This document shows, piece after piece, positions 11,959-23,496 of a DNA stretch of 64,000 nucleotides. The stretch's first letter is position 1. Each line of letters opens with the position of its first letter. A program made the position numbers and the translations under genes. The notes under the pieces are model-generated. The model was not told the origin of the DNA. It did not search any database and was given only the letters and a program-made list of their open reading frames with translations. Origin of the DNA: an uncultured Planctomycetaceae bacterium (lineage in GTDB: Bacteria > Planctomycetota > Planctomycetia > Pirellulales > PALSA-1355); contig CAWAUV010000004.1 in the NCBI GenBank assembly GCA_963785305.1, positions 288,001-352,000 of the forward strand, given 5' to 3'.

Positions 11959-13514
11959 ATGAATCCGTCGAATCATTGGAACGATCTGGCGTCGCAACTC
12001 GGCGCGGAGCCGCCGGCCGAGCCGGCGGCCGAGGAAACGCGCGCTCCGCGGATTTCGCCTCCGCCTTCCGCCGCGCCGCGGCAGCCGCGCTCCGCGGCTC
12101 CCCGCCCGCCGCGCGCCTCGACCAATTGGTCGGAGCTGGCGAGCGATCTGGGAATCGAGCCCTCGGCGGAAGACGCGTCTTCAACCGCCGGAGCTCCTCC
12201 GCAAACGGTTTCTCACCGCGCGAGCGACGACAGCGCGCCGACCTCGGGTTCGCGCGCGTCCCTTGGCGGCGAGCCTTCCATCGAAGCGTCGCCCGCGCCT
12301 TTGCCGCCCGAGCGGCCGGCGGCGCCCTACCGGCCCTCGTTCATGGAACCGGCCTATCGTCCTGATCCGGCTCGACTTCAGGCGGCGGCCGAGCGACAGG
12401 CAGCCGAGACGCGTCGCCGCGACGAACGCCGCCCGGCGCGAGACACGGAGCCGGGGGGCCCTCGACGCTCCGCCTCGGAAGCTCGCTCCGATCGCGCGAC
12501 GGGACGAGGCCCCGCCGAGGCGCGCGAAGCCGCGCCCGGCGGCCGCGAGTCGTGGCGGGACAATCCGCCCGACGAGCGCGACGAACTTTCGGATCCGCCA
12601 TCCGACGAATCAACGCATGTGCTGGGCGTCGAAGCCATGTTGGATGAGATCACCGATATCGAGATGGCCGATGGCGCCGAGTCCGATCGGCCCGCGGCCG
12701 AGGAGGGCGATTCCGATCGGCCCGCGCACCGTCGTCGGCGACGCGGCGGCCGCAACCGTCGCGGACGCCGCCCCGACGGGCGCGGCGAGAAGGGTTCGGA
12801 ACCGCGCTCGCGCCGAACCGGAGCGACCGGACCAGCCAACGCCGATTTCCCTCTAGACGATCAGGAACCTTCGGCCAGCGAAGAGGGAATCGACGAAGAA
12901 GATATCGGGATTGGTTATATTCGCTCCGATGCGGAGGGGGAATCGCCCGCCGGCTGGGACTCGGACAACCGTTCGCCCGACGATGTCCATGAAGCCGTCG
13001 AAGGCGATGGGTTTCGCGAGTCCGACGCCGAGCGTTCCCGCGGCGAGGATCGTCGCCCGGGCTCGCGCGAGCCTCGCCGCCGCCGCCGTCGTCGCTCGCG
13101 GTCGGGTGAAGGCCGCGGCGCCGGTCCCCACGCCGACGACGAGGGCCATTCCGAAGCAGATCATCGCGATGCTCCTGGCTCCGGCCGCGGTCGCCCCGAC
13201 GATCGATCCGGCGACGCGCAAGCCGCGCCATCGTCGACGATCTCGAGCATCACGATGATCACGACCTGCACGACGAGCATGACCTGCACGACGAGCATGA
13301 CGAGCATGACGACGAGGGTGGCTCGTTTGCAAAACATGGCCACAAGGGAATTCCCACTTGGGACGAAACCATTGGCCTGTTGATCGATGTGAATATGGAG
13401 TCGTGCGCGAAGACGCCGCGCGGCGGCAACCCGCGCGGACGCGGTGGACGCGGTCGCTCATCGCGTGGCGGCGGCGGATATCGGGGCGGCTCGGGACGCC
13501 CGCAGGGCTCGTGA
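11959..13514 (+). CDS. Intrinsically disordered hypothetical protein with Arg tracts, His/Asp repeat and RGG tail (frameshift near 13225)
   Basis: ORF 11959..13383 continues in another frame ...EHHDDHDLHDEHDLHDEH...KGIPTWDETIGLLIDVNMES...RGRGGRGRSSRGGGGYRGGSGRPQGS-stop at 13514. Confidence 0.7.
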
Positions 13515-13533
13515 GCCGATCGCGAGGTTTCGC

Positions 13534-15378
13534 GTGACCGACGCGCCGCGAGAACGAACCGAGCCCGGCGCCAGGCACGCCGCGAGTTATCGCGAGATGG
13601 TCCAATCGCTCCGAGGGCAATTTATCTTGCCCTCCGGCGGTGACATTGCCGGCAGACATCTCTTGCCCGAAGCCGGGGCGCCCGCGGAGTTCGTCGCCCA
13701 GCTCTCGCGAATGCTGGAAATTTGGAGCGCGGCGCCGACGCACGGCCCTTGGCATGGCGCGGCGCCGGCGCTCGTTGGCGCCGGGCCGGAACGCGATGTT
13801 GCGCGGGCCGCCCCGGCGAAATTGCCACTCGAAGGCTTGCCGCCCGACGAGGTCGCCAGTCGGCTGGTCGCCGCGCTCAAGGGATTGCCGCTCTGGAGTC
13901 ATCCGCTGGCGCAGATCAATGTGGCGCCCGCCCCGACCATCGCCAGTCAACTCGCGGCCACGCTCGCGCTGCTGGCAAATCCGAATCTCGTGAGCGGCGC
14001 CAACGCGGGGGCCGTCGCCGCGGTGGAAGCGCGGGTGGCGGCAATGACGGCCGAGCTCCTGGGCTTCGACCCCGCCCAGGCCGGGGGCCTATTCACTTTC
14101 GGAGGCGCCGGCGGAATCTTCTATGGCCTTAGGCTTGGCCTGGAAAAGGCGCTGCCCGGTTCGATGGATCAAGGGCTCCGCTCGAACGAAGCCGTCGTCA
14201 TCGCCTCGGCGCATGCACATGCTTCGGTGGCCAAAGCCGCCGCTTGGCTGGGCATCGGTCGCGAGCAGGTGGTATATGCGCCGCCCGGCGCCGGCGCGGC
14301 GGCGATTGAAGCCGTCGCGCCGCGCGATTGGCCGCCGGCAGCGCATTGCCGCCATCGTCGCCACGATGGGATCGACCGACGCCTTTGAGCTCGATGATCT
14401 CGCCGCCATCGCCGCGACGCGCGATCGCTTGGCTCGCGACTGCGAGCTCGACTATCGCCCGCATCTCCATGCCGACGCCGTGATCGGCTGGGCTTGGTCG
14501 GTGTTCAATGACTACGACTTCGATTCGAATCCGCTCGGCTTTGGCGATTCGACTCGCGCCGCGCTCGCCATGATTCGCGGCCGAATTCGGCATCTCGATC
14601 GGGCCGACACGGTGGGAGTCGATTTTCATAAGACCGGCTACACGCCTTATGTGTCTTCGCTGATTCTCGCGTGCGATGGGCGCGACTTCATGTCGCTGGC
14701 CGATCGATCGCCCGCCGACGCGATCGCCACACCCTATGCCTGCGGTTACGATGGTCGCGATTCCATGGACAATAACTTCGAGCGTGGCGACTCCGGCCGT
14801 TTCACCTTGGAAACCAGTCGCTCCGGCGCCGGCCCCCTCGCGGCGCTGGCGAATTTGCTGTTACTCGGCCGCGATGGCCTGCGGGCACTCCTCGGGCACA
14901 CTGTCGAGATGAGCGAACGCCTTCGCGCGGACTGGCCGACGAGCCCAATATCGTGATTTTGAATTGGGCGTGTCCCGGCCCGGCGACGCTTCTAAGAATG
15001 TACCCCGACGACGAATGCCGCCAGCGCGAAGCGGACCGCGATCGGGCGGCGAATCATGTCGATCCGGCGTCGATTGCCGCGCGAGAAGAGGCGGCGGTCG
15101 ATGCGTTCAATGCCCGCGTGTTCAACCGACTGCGCGAGCGGGCCGCCTTGGGACATGGCGCGGCGCTTTCGCTCACGCGCGCCCTGGTCGAGCCGCCGGG
15201 CCGCTTGCGACTGGCGATACGTGGCTTCATGCTTTCGCCGCTGATCGAACCGCGGCACATCGACGCAACCCTCGCCGAACTCCGCGCCGCGCGTCCATGC
15301 GGCGGGGAGCCATTAGGCGGTTCCACCAGCGGCGGTCAATCGTCGGGTGGGTCGTCGCCGATCACGGCCGAGCGTTGA
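13534..15378 (+). CDS. Group II PLP-dependent decarboxylase, frameshifted
   Basis: GLFTFGG, HASVAKAAAWLGIG, IVATMGSTD, HLHADAVIGW, DFHKTGY (PLP Lys), TLETSRS across three track ORFs; start uncertain. Confidence 0.82.
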
Positions 15379-16054
15379 TGCAACACTCGGTCGAGCTTCT
15401 TCCATTTGAAATAGAGTCCCAAGATATTCTCGTAGCTCTTGATCACATTGTGGTGATTGTCGACCGCTTGCAGATCTCCGCCGCCGAACGTGAGCAGTGT
15501 TTCGAGCAGGTCGCGATAGCGGGTGCGAAACCTCAGCCCGGTTCGATCGGTAAGCTCGTTGCCCTCGCCAAAATGAAACTCCGCGATCTCGTTCGGCGTG
15601 AACCGCTTGCGGCGGTAGAGCGCCATGTCGATCAGCGAACCGATCCAGGGAAAGAGCAATATCCAACTCAGCACCAGCACGCTGCCGGGATCGAGGACCG
15701 GATGCAGGCTCGTCAGATATCGGGCCACGATTCCCAGCACCGCGATATTATGCAAATGCTCGATATAGGCCGACGCTAGGAACAAGAGAAGAAAGATGCC
15801 CATCCAGAGCGCGAGCTTGCGGGTATTGAAGTCGGAAACCAGGGCGAAAATCAGGTATACGAGCACGCCCAGATAGAGCCATCCGAGCGGCCGGGCCAAA
15901 TCGGGAACGCGCGAGCGAGCGGCCCGGCCACGAAGCCGGCCAAGATCACGATCCAGAGAAAGAAACTCGGATTGGCCGAGAACACCGTCACGCCATCGCT
16001 GGCCGACGCGCGAGCCCGGCCCGCGCGTGATTCCGACTCGATTTTGTCGCTCAT
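15336..16054 (-). CDS. Integral membrane hypothetical protein (frameshift near 15915)
   Basis: MSDKIES...FFLWIVILAGFVAG joined to several hydrophobic segments and tail FRTRYRDLLETLLTFGGGDL. Confidence 0.7.
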
Positions 16055-16068
16055 GGTGCAATATCCCG

Positions 16069-17603
16069 TCAGCGATCGAGCGCCGCGATGCGTTTGAAAT
16101 CATCGCGCAGCGAACGATATAGCGATTGATAGACCGGAAACGCGGCGTCGTAGTATTTCTTGGCCTTGGCCTCGACCGGTGTTTGCTTCACGACTTTGAT
16201 CGTGGCGGCGCAGGCTTCTTGGATATTCTTGAAAGCCCCGGCCCCGACCGCGGCCAAGAGCGCGGCGCCATAGGCCGGACCTTCCTCGGCATTGATCGTG
16301 GCGAGCTTCTGACCAAAGACGTTGGCTTGAATCTGTCGCCACTCGGGACTCCGCGATCCGCCGCCCGAGCCGCGAATCTGCTTGACCGGCACCCCGCAAG
16401 CCTCGATCAGCGCCAGAGCTATCGCGCATCGCGAAGCTCACGCCTTCCATGATCGCTCGGGTCATGTGCCCGCGGGTATGGGCCAACGTGAGCCCGATAA
16501 AGCAGGCCCTCGCCAGCGGATCGACATGCGGCGTGCGTTCGCCCGAGAGATAGGGCAAGAAAAAGAGTCCTTCGGCGCCGACCGGCGTGGCGGCCGCCTC
16601 GCGACTGAGCAGGGTGTAGGGATCGACCTTGGTTTTCTTGGCGGCCGCGATCTCGGCTTGGCAGAGTCGATTGCGAAACCACTGCAAGCAACCGCCGCCC
16701 GAGAGGCTCACGCCCATCATATGCCACATGCCGCGCACGGCATGGCAGAAGGTGTGCAATCGCCCCTGGGGATCGAACTGCATTTCATCGCTATGCACGA
16801 ACATCACGCCCGAGGTCCCAATCGAGGTGGAGAGCGTGCCGCGGGTGACGACGCCATTACCCACCGCTCCAGCCGCGCAGTCGCCCGCGCCGCCCACGAC
16901 CACGCAATCCGTCGAGAGGCCCAGTTCGCTGGCCGCCGCTCGCGTAAGCGCGCCGGTCACGTCTTCCGACTCATGGCATTTGCCGAGCAGGCCGCGATCG
17001 AGCTCCAACTTGCCGAGCAATTCGTCCGACCAATCGCGCTTTGGCCACATCGAGCAGCAACATGCCGCTGGCGTCGCTCACATCGGTGGCGTATTCGCCC
17101 GTGAGGCGGCGGCGCACATCGTCTTTGGGCAGCAGCACTCGAACCGTGCGGGCAAACGCCTTCGGCTCGTGGTTTCTGAGCCACAAGATTTTCGGCGCCG
17201 TGAAACCCGTGAGCGCCGGATTGGCCACCATGCGGATCAATTCCGCGCGGCCGCCGGCCCGTCGCTCGATCTCGTCGCATTCGGCGGCGGTGCGCTGATC
17301 GTTCCAGAGCAGCGCGCGGCGAACGACTTTGTCTTTCTTGTCGAGAAACACCGAACCATGCATCTGGCCCGAAAGGCCGATCGCGCGCACATCGCCGCTC
17401 TTAAGCCGCGCCTTTTTCATCACCTGCCGCACGGTGCGGATCGTCGCATGCCACCAGTCTTCCGGGTCCTGCTCGGCCCACAGTGGCCGGGGATGGTAGA
17501 GAGGATAGGGCGCGATGGCCTCGGCCAAAATCGCGCCTTTCGGGTCGATGGCCAGGGTCTTGGTGGCCGAGGTGCCGATATCAATGCCAAGAAAAATGCT
17601 CAT
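16069..17603 (-). CDS. xylB: Xylulokinase (FGGY family), frameshifted
   Basis: [65 protein letters not shown]. Confidence 0.92.
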
Positions 17604-18162
17604 GGGTGGCCGTACTCAAGGGGGGGGGTGTGGCGATCCGGCGAAGAGGCTCGCGATGTCGCGAATGGAAACGGATCGGCCGGATTGTAACTGCTAGCGC
17701 GGCAAGCAGCAAACCGAACAGATTGGCGGTGTCCGGAAATCGGGGTCGTTTTTGGGCATGTGGAACATAAAATGCTGATGACAAATTGTTGGTCAATGTC
17801 GTGGCTGCGCTTTCGCCCCTTTTGCTGGTCGATTGCCGCTTCTCGACCCCGCCTCGTCCCAAACACAAGCGATTCGCAACGATTTGTGAACAGCACGTGT
17901 CAAATCGCGTGGTTCCGTATCGCACAGTGTGAACGCGCAGTGTTCAGGGGGCATAATGCCGCCAGGTGGTACATGTATAGCGCGCAAACGATTTTGTGGA
18001 TGTTCGCCGTTCGGAGAATTTAGGGCGACCCTTCCATCGGCCAGTAAGGCGCCCCTTCCATCGGTCGGTAATGTGTGCGCGACGAACCGCGATTGTCGAT
18101 TCCTGTCACCACGAGTATTCGGCCTTCCATGACTCTCGGCAATCTCGGTAATGGGGCATTCC

Positions 18163-19650
18163 ATGCAATTGGCGTCGCTTCGCGCGCGCCGGCTGTCGAT
18201 TGGGGGTTCTTCACCACCGATCGAGACCTGCGAATCACCGCTTGGAGCGAATTCCTCGAACTGCGCCACAGGTCAGTCGGCCGGCGACATGGTCGGGCGA
18301 CTCCTGCTCGACACCGTTCCCGAAGACGCCCGGCGGCCATTGAATGTCATCTACAGTCGGGCCATCGAGGGCCGCGGCGCCGATGTCGCGGGCGAGCTGG
18401 CCATCAACTATCCCGTATCGGCGAGCGAGCCATCGCTGGCTTGGGCTCGCGCCGTGCGCGGGTCACGCCCTGGATCGACAAAGGCCGAGTCGCCGGCACG
18501 CTGACGGTGGTCGAATGTCATTCGGCCGCCGACAAGCAGCGCGCCGCTGACGAGCGGAGCAAAAACGAATTCCTCGCGATGCTCGCGCATGAGCTACGCA
18601 ACCCGCTGGCCCCGATTCTCTGTGGGGTCGAACTCCTGCGCATGGCGCGCGGCGCCGACCGCGAAAGCCTCCTCGCGGTCGACATCATCGAACGTCAAAC
18701 CCATCTCATGACCCGCTTGGTCGATGATCTGCTCGATGTGGCCCGGGTTACCCATCGCACGATCAAGCTTCGCCTCGAGGCGCTCGATCTTTCCGACGTG
18801 ATCGCCAAGGCGATCGAGATCGGCCGGCCCTTGATCGACGCTCGCGAGCAGTTGCTCGACATCGACATCGTGCCCTTGCCGCTCGCGGTGCGCGGCGACG
18901 CCATGCGGCTGGCGCAAGTGGTCGCCAACCTGCTCAACAACGCGGCGAAATACACCCCCGAACACGGCCAGATCGCCGTCGCGGCGCGGCGCGATCGCAA
19001 TTGGGCCGTGGTCACGGTGAGCGACACCGGCATGGGCATTCCGGCCGCCATGCTCGACAAGGTGTTCGACCTCTTTACCCAGGTCGACCCCTCGCTCGAC
19101 CGCTCGCTCGGCGGCCTGGGTTTGGGGCTGACCATCGCGCGCAGTCTGGTGGAAATGCACGGCGGTATGATCACGGCCCGCAGCGCCGGCCCCGGCCAAG
19201 GCAGTGAGTTCGAGATTCGCTTGCCGCTCGTCGATGAGTCCGCGCTGGCCACGACTCCCGCGGTGGCCTCGACCGCGGCGCTCGGCGACAAGCCGCGGCG
19301 GGTGTTGGTGGTTGATGACAATGCCGATGGCGCGAAACTTTTGGGCCTGTTGCTCGAGTCGTTGGGCCACGAAGCGCGACTGGCGTTCGATGGCCCGGCG
19401 GCGCTCGAAGTCGCCCGAGCATGGCGGCCCGATCTGGTGCTGCTCGACTTGGGCCTGCCGGAGATGGACGGCTTCGAGGTGGCCCGTGCGCATGCGGCAA
19501 ACGCCTTCGCTCGCCGGCCTGCCGCTCGTGGCCTTGACCGGCTACGGAGGCGACGACGACCGCCAACGCTCGGCTGCGGCCGGTTTCGACCGCCATCTCG
19601 TGAAACCGGTGCTCCTCGACACGCTCCGCGGCCTATTCGCGACGCAATAG
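18163..19650 (+). CDS. Hybrid sensor histidine kinase (PAS-HisKA-HATPase-receiver), frameshifted
   Basis: FFTTDRDLRITAWS PAS start; FLAMLAHELRNPL; NLLNNAAKYT; DTGMGI; GGLGLGL; VLVVDDN, LLDLGLPEMDG, HLVKPV. Confidence 0.9.
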
Positions 19651-19690
19651 AGAAATCAGCCACGCGGGTGAGGCCCGAGAAGCCGCCTCA

Positions 19691-19794
19691 TTCCGTGTCC
19701 TTTCCGTGTTCTTCCGTGGCTGAATTTCTCCTCGGTCCTCGTTCGTTGATGCATTCAAGAAATCAGCCTCGGAAGAACACGGAAGAAACACGGA
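19691..19794. repeat. Inverted pair of TTCCGTG-type extragenic repeats
   Basis: TTCCGTGTCCTTTCCGTGTTCTTCCGTGGCTGA (19691-19723) versus TCAGCCTCGGAAGAACACGGAAGAAACACGGA (19763-19794). Confidence 0.7.
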
Positions 19795-19826
19795 CCGGAG
19801 CTTGCCCATTGACGAGCGACTGGGCG

Positions 19827-19851
19827 GCATGCCCACGCAAGCGTGGGCATG
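19827..19851. repeat. REP-like palindrome, same family as 62221-62460
   Basis: GCATGCCCACGCAAGCGTGGGCATG. Confidence 0.75.
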
Positions 19852-19886
19852 GGCGCGCGGCACACGGCAAAGCGCGATCAAGCGCC

Positions 19887-20909
19887 TTACGGCTTGAGCA
19901 CCGCTTTCACGATTTGGCCGGAGTGCATCTGCTCGAAGGCTTCGTGCCAATCGGCCAGCGGCCACACGCCGCCGATGATCTTCGACACATCGAGAGCCCC
20001 GGTCGAGAGCAGCCGCAGCACGCGCTCCCAGATCGGCCAGTTGTGGCTGAAGCTGCCGGCCAAGGTCACGTTTTTCTGCACCAGCGGGTCGAGCGAAAAT
20101 CCGAGCGGCGCCCGGCCCCAGCCTACTTTGCTGATCCAGCCATTGGGCCGCACGATATCCATCGCCGTTTTGAGCGCGGCCGAAATACCCACCGCGTCGA
20201 CCACGCCATCGACTCCCAGTCCATCGACCGCGCGGGCCCAGTCGTCGAGCCCGTCGACAATCGGTTCGCAGCCGAAAGCCGTCGCCACTTGGAGCCGACC
20301 GCGATCGCGTTCCAGGCCCACGACCGCCACCTCGGCCCCTTGCAGCCGGGCCATCGCCGCGCACAAGAGGCCGATCGGTCCCGGCCCTAGCACCACGATC
20401 CGATCGCCGGGCCGCACATGTCCGTGCATCACAACAGCGTTGTAGGCCACGCAACAGGGCTCGGTGAGCCCGGCCTTTTCGAACGCGAGCGAATCGGGCA
20501 CGCGATGCAAACACCGAGCCGGCACTCGCACATAGCGCGTCATCGCGCCATCGACTCCGTAGCCAAAGCCCTTGCGCGTGGGGTCGAGATTGTAAAGTCC
20601 TTGACGCGAGAACGGGCTATCGGGATCGATCACGGCGGCGGTTTCGCTTACGGCCCGGTCGCCGGCTTTCCAGCGCGTGACACGATCCCCCACATCGGCC
20701 ACGACTCCGGCGAATTCGTGGCCCAGCACCACCGGATAATTCACCGGCCAGCTATGTTCGGCGGTCCACTGATGCAAGTCGCTGCCGCAAACACCCACGG
20801 CGGCCACTTCCAAGAGCACATCCTCGGGCCCGATCGTAGGCCGCGGAATATCGCGCAGCTCGACAGCATGTTTCTTGTTTTCGTAGTTGACGACAGCGGC
20901 TTGACTCAT
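19887..20909 (-). CDS. Zinc-dependent (MDR) sugar-alcohol dehydrogenase
   Basis: GVCGSDLH, LGHEFAG, TEPC, LGPGPIGL. Confidence 0.9.
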   Translation of the reverse strand: MSQAAVVNYENKKHAVELRDIPRPTIGPEDVLLEVAAVGVCGSDLHQWTAEHSWPVNYPVVLGHEFAGVVADVGDRVTRWKAGDRAVSETAAVIDPDSPFSRQGLYNLDPTRKGFGYGVDGAMTRYVRVPARCLHRVPDSLAFEKAGLTEPCCVAYNAVVMHGHVRPGDRIVVLGPGPIGLLCAAMARLQGAEVAVVGLERDRGRLQVATAFGCEPIVDGLDDWARAVDGLGVDGVVDAVGISAALKTAMDIVRPNGWISKVGWGRAPLGFSLDPLVQKNVTLAGSFSHNWPIWERVLRLLSTGALDVSKIIGGVWPLADWHEAFEQMHSGQIVKAVLKP

Positions 20910-21112
20910 GGGAGCGGCGATCCTGAACGAAAAAGGGAGGAGTTAGGAATCAACTTCCGCCAGGATTACCTCCTGATGGTCGCGCACAAATGCAAAATGC
21001 GGTCCTGGAGTCGAATGCTGAACCGCTCGAAGATCGTTCGCGAGCCCCGGCGGACTGCCCCGACGCGTGCCGTACAGAGGCCGAATGAAGCAACTTTTCG
21101 GGATATGCAACG

Positions 21113-23425
21113 ACGATCTACCCCGACGCCGCCGATTCGCTCGACAATGTCACTTACACGTATAATCGCCAGGGCCAACGCACGACCAAGACCGATCAAA
21201 ACGGCTCGGTTCACGCCTACGGTTACGACGTTTTAGGCCGCCAAACCGCCGACAGCATCACGACGCTGGCGGCCGGCGTGGATTCAAGCGTGCAACGCAT
21301 AGGCGTGAGCTACGAGATTCACGGCCAAGTCTACCAGATCACCAGCTACGGCGATTCGGCGGGATCCAGCGTCGTCAACCAAGTGCAAAACGTCTATAAT
21401 GCCTTCCAGCAGTTGGCCACGCAGTACCAAGAACACGGTGGCGCCGTGAACACCTCGACCACGCCCAGCGTCCAGTACGGCTACGCCGACGGTTCGGCGA
21501 ACACCATTCGGCCAGTCAGCTTGACGTATCCCAACGGCCGCGTGGTGAACACGATCTACAATAGCGGCGACGACGACGCTCTGTCGCGCGTCAGCGGTTT
21601 GGGCGACAGTTCTTATTCGCCACTCGTCGAGTACACGTACTTGGGCTTGGGCTCGTTTGTGCAACTCACCTATCCACAGCCGGGCGTCACGTGGACGCTG
21701 ATCACCGGCGCCGGCATCGATCCGTACGGCGGTCTCGACCAGTTCGGCCGCGTCGTGAATAACCTCTGGGAGAATTCGAGCGGCGCGGCGCTCGATGAGA
21801 TTCAATACACCTACGACCAGGCCAGCAACCGCACCAGCCGGAAGAACGTCGTCGCCGAATCCCTCGGCGCCGAGTTCGATGAGCTCTACGGCTACGATGG
21901 CATGCAGCGCTTGAAGAGTTTCAACCGCGGAACACTGGTCGAAGCCGGCGGCCAACTCTCGGCGCTCAGCCTGCGTCAGAACTGGCAACTCGACGCCACG
22001 GGCAACTGGACCGGCTTCCAAAACTTCGACCAAACCGGCGCCACGCCCGCTTTGGATCAGCAACGCACCAGCGATACGTTTAACGAAATTACGGATATCA
22101 CAGCGACCGTCGGCGCCACTTGGATCACGCCCGAGTACGACCGCAACGGCAACATGATCGTCATGCCCCAGCCGGCCGCTCCGACGAGCAGCTTCACGGC
22201 GACATTCGACGCCTGGAATCGGCTGATTTCGCTGTCGTTGCCCAACGGAGCGTCGGCGGCCCAGTACGCTTACGATGGCCAAAACCGGCAAATCTACAGT
22301 TCGAACTACGCGTTCACGGTGTTTAACTATTACTACAGTGCGAGCTGGCAACTGTTGGAACAGCAAGGAAGCGGCCCAGGCAACCTGACATCCTATCAAT
22401 TCGTGTGGGGCCTTCGCTACATCGACGACTTGATCCTACGGGACACGCTCGAATTAACGATCGATCCTCCGCGATACTACGCCCTCCAAGACGCCAACTG
22501 GAACATGGACGCCGTGGTCGACACGAGCGGCGCAGTGCAGGAACGCTATTCCTATACAGCCTATGGCGTTGTTACATTCCTCGACGCTGACTTCGGTCCC
22601 ATTGCAAATTCGAATTACGGCTGGGAAATCCTATACGCCGGCTACCGCCAGGACGACGTCACCCGCCTCTACCTCGCCAGGAACAGATGGCTGGATCCGC
22701 CGCTGGGGGTGTGGATCACGAGGGATCCGATCGGGTTTGCGAGTGGGGATAAGAATCCGTATCGGCATGTCGAAAACCGCCCATTGTCACTATTAGACCC
22801 ATCCGGCCAAGCGACGTTCGGTTCGGGTTGTTCCGCCGCCGAAAAGGCAGGACTTACACAACTTGTCGAAGCAATTATCAATGCAAATGCAAATGGCAAC
22901 GGCAGATGCTTTTTGGATGAGGAAAAAGAAAGGCCTTGCCGCTCACAGCTTTCCCAAGGGCTAACAGACACATTAAACAGTATCGCGATTGATTGCAGCA
23001 ATTGCACTATGCATGCCACAGAGCGGCGCGGATATGTCCCTGATGGTGACGAATGCGTAAAAATGAAAAACGCCGGCCGTAGGGGTGGCGTTTTAGGTAC
23101 ATGTTGCGCCCCATCGCCCGGCTTGGCCGCAGATTCGACCTGTAATTCGTGTCCTGCAGAGTTGCTGAAACATTCGACTATCGTTCTTTGTCGGTCTACT
23201 GGACAAGTCCAAGGCTCTCTGCCAGCCAGTGGGCAGAGGATCGACTGGGATTCGTTCGTGCGCACCAAAGCAGGCGTCGACTTGGCGCGAACGCTTATTC
23301 ATGAAGCCATGCATCTTTTGGTTGGTTCGCATGCTGGCAAATCCACGGCCCGTCCAATTACCGATTGTTGTAAGCGACCCGATGCGGCGGTTGCGGCAAG
23401 CTCTTTCATTCGCAATTGTTTTTGA
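21113..23425 (+). CDS. Orphan Rhs module 1: 5'-truncated Rhs core plus Cys-rich HExxH toxin tip
   Basis: YD repeats, WGLRYIDDL, QDANWN, YAGYR, WITRDPIG..DPSG then TLIHEAMH; Rhs homology begins in frame at about 21113 (IYPDAAD) just after a stop at 21086 with no ATG. Confidence 0.9.
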   Translation, partial: TIYPDAADSLDNVTYTYNRQGQRTTKTDQNGSVHAYGYDVLGRQTADSITTLAAGVDSSVQRIGVSYEIHGQVYQITSYGDSAGSSVVNQVQNVYNAFQQLATQYQEHGGAVNTSTTPSVQYGYADGSANTIRPVSLTYPNGRVVNTIYNSGDDDALSRVSGLGDSSYSPLVEYTYLGLGSFVQLTYPQPGVTWTLITGAGIDPYGGLDQFGRVVNNLWENSSGAALDEIQYTYDQASNRTSRKNVVAESLGAEFDELYGYDGMQRLKSFNRGTLVEAGGQLSALSLRQNWQLDATGNWTGFQNFDQTGATPALDQQRTSDTFNEITDITATVGATWITPEYDRNGNMIVMPQPAAPTSSFTATFDAWNRLISLSLPNGASAAQYAYDGQNRQIYSSNYAFTVFNYYYSASWQLLEQQGSGPGNLTSYQFVWGLRYIDDLILRDTLELTIDPPRYYALQDANWNMDAVVDTSGAVQERYSYTAYGVVTFLDADFGPIANSNYGWEILYAGYRQDDVTRLYLARNRWLDPPLGVWITRDPIGFASGDKNPYRHVENRPLSLLDPSGQATFGSGCSAAEKAGLTQLVEAIINANANGNGRCFLDEEKERPCRSQLSQGLTDTLNSIAIDCSNCTMHATERRGYVPDGDECVKMKNAGRRGGVLGTCCAPSPGLAADSTCNSCPAELLKHSTIVLCRSTGQVQGSLPASGQRIDWDSFVRTKAGVDLARTLIHEAMHLLVGSHAGKSTARPITDCCKRPDAAVAASSFIRNCF

Positions 23426-23496
23426 CTTTCGTTCTTTCTACTTGAAGAAATACTGTTGTGACGACGCTGCAACAACGATAAGCCTGAATAGATTCC

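Noticed and set aside
20940..21112. Search for a third boxA leader copy before module 1, and before module 5 at 33900-34180
   Set aside because: No convincing match by eye, so the leader is supported for only two modules
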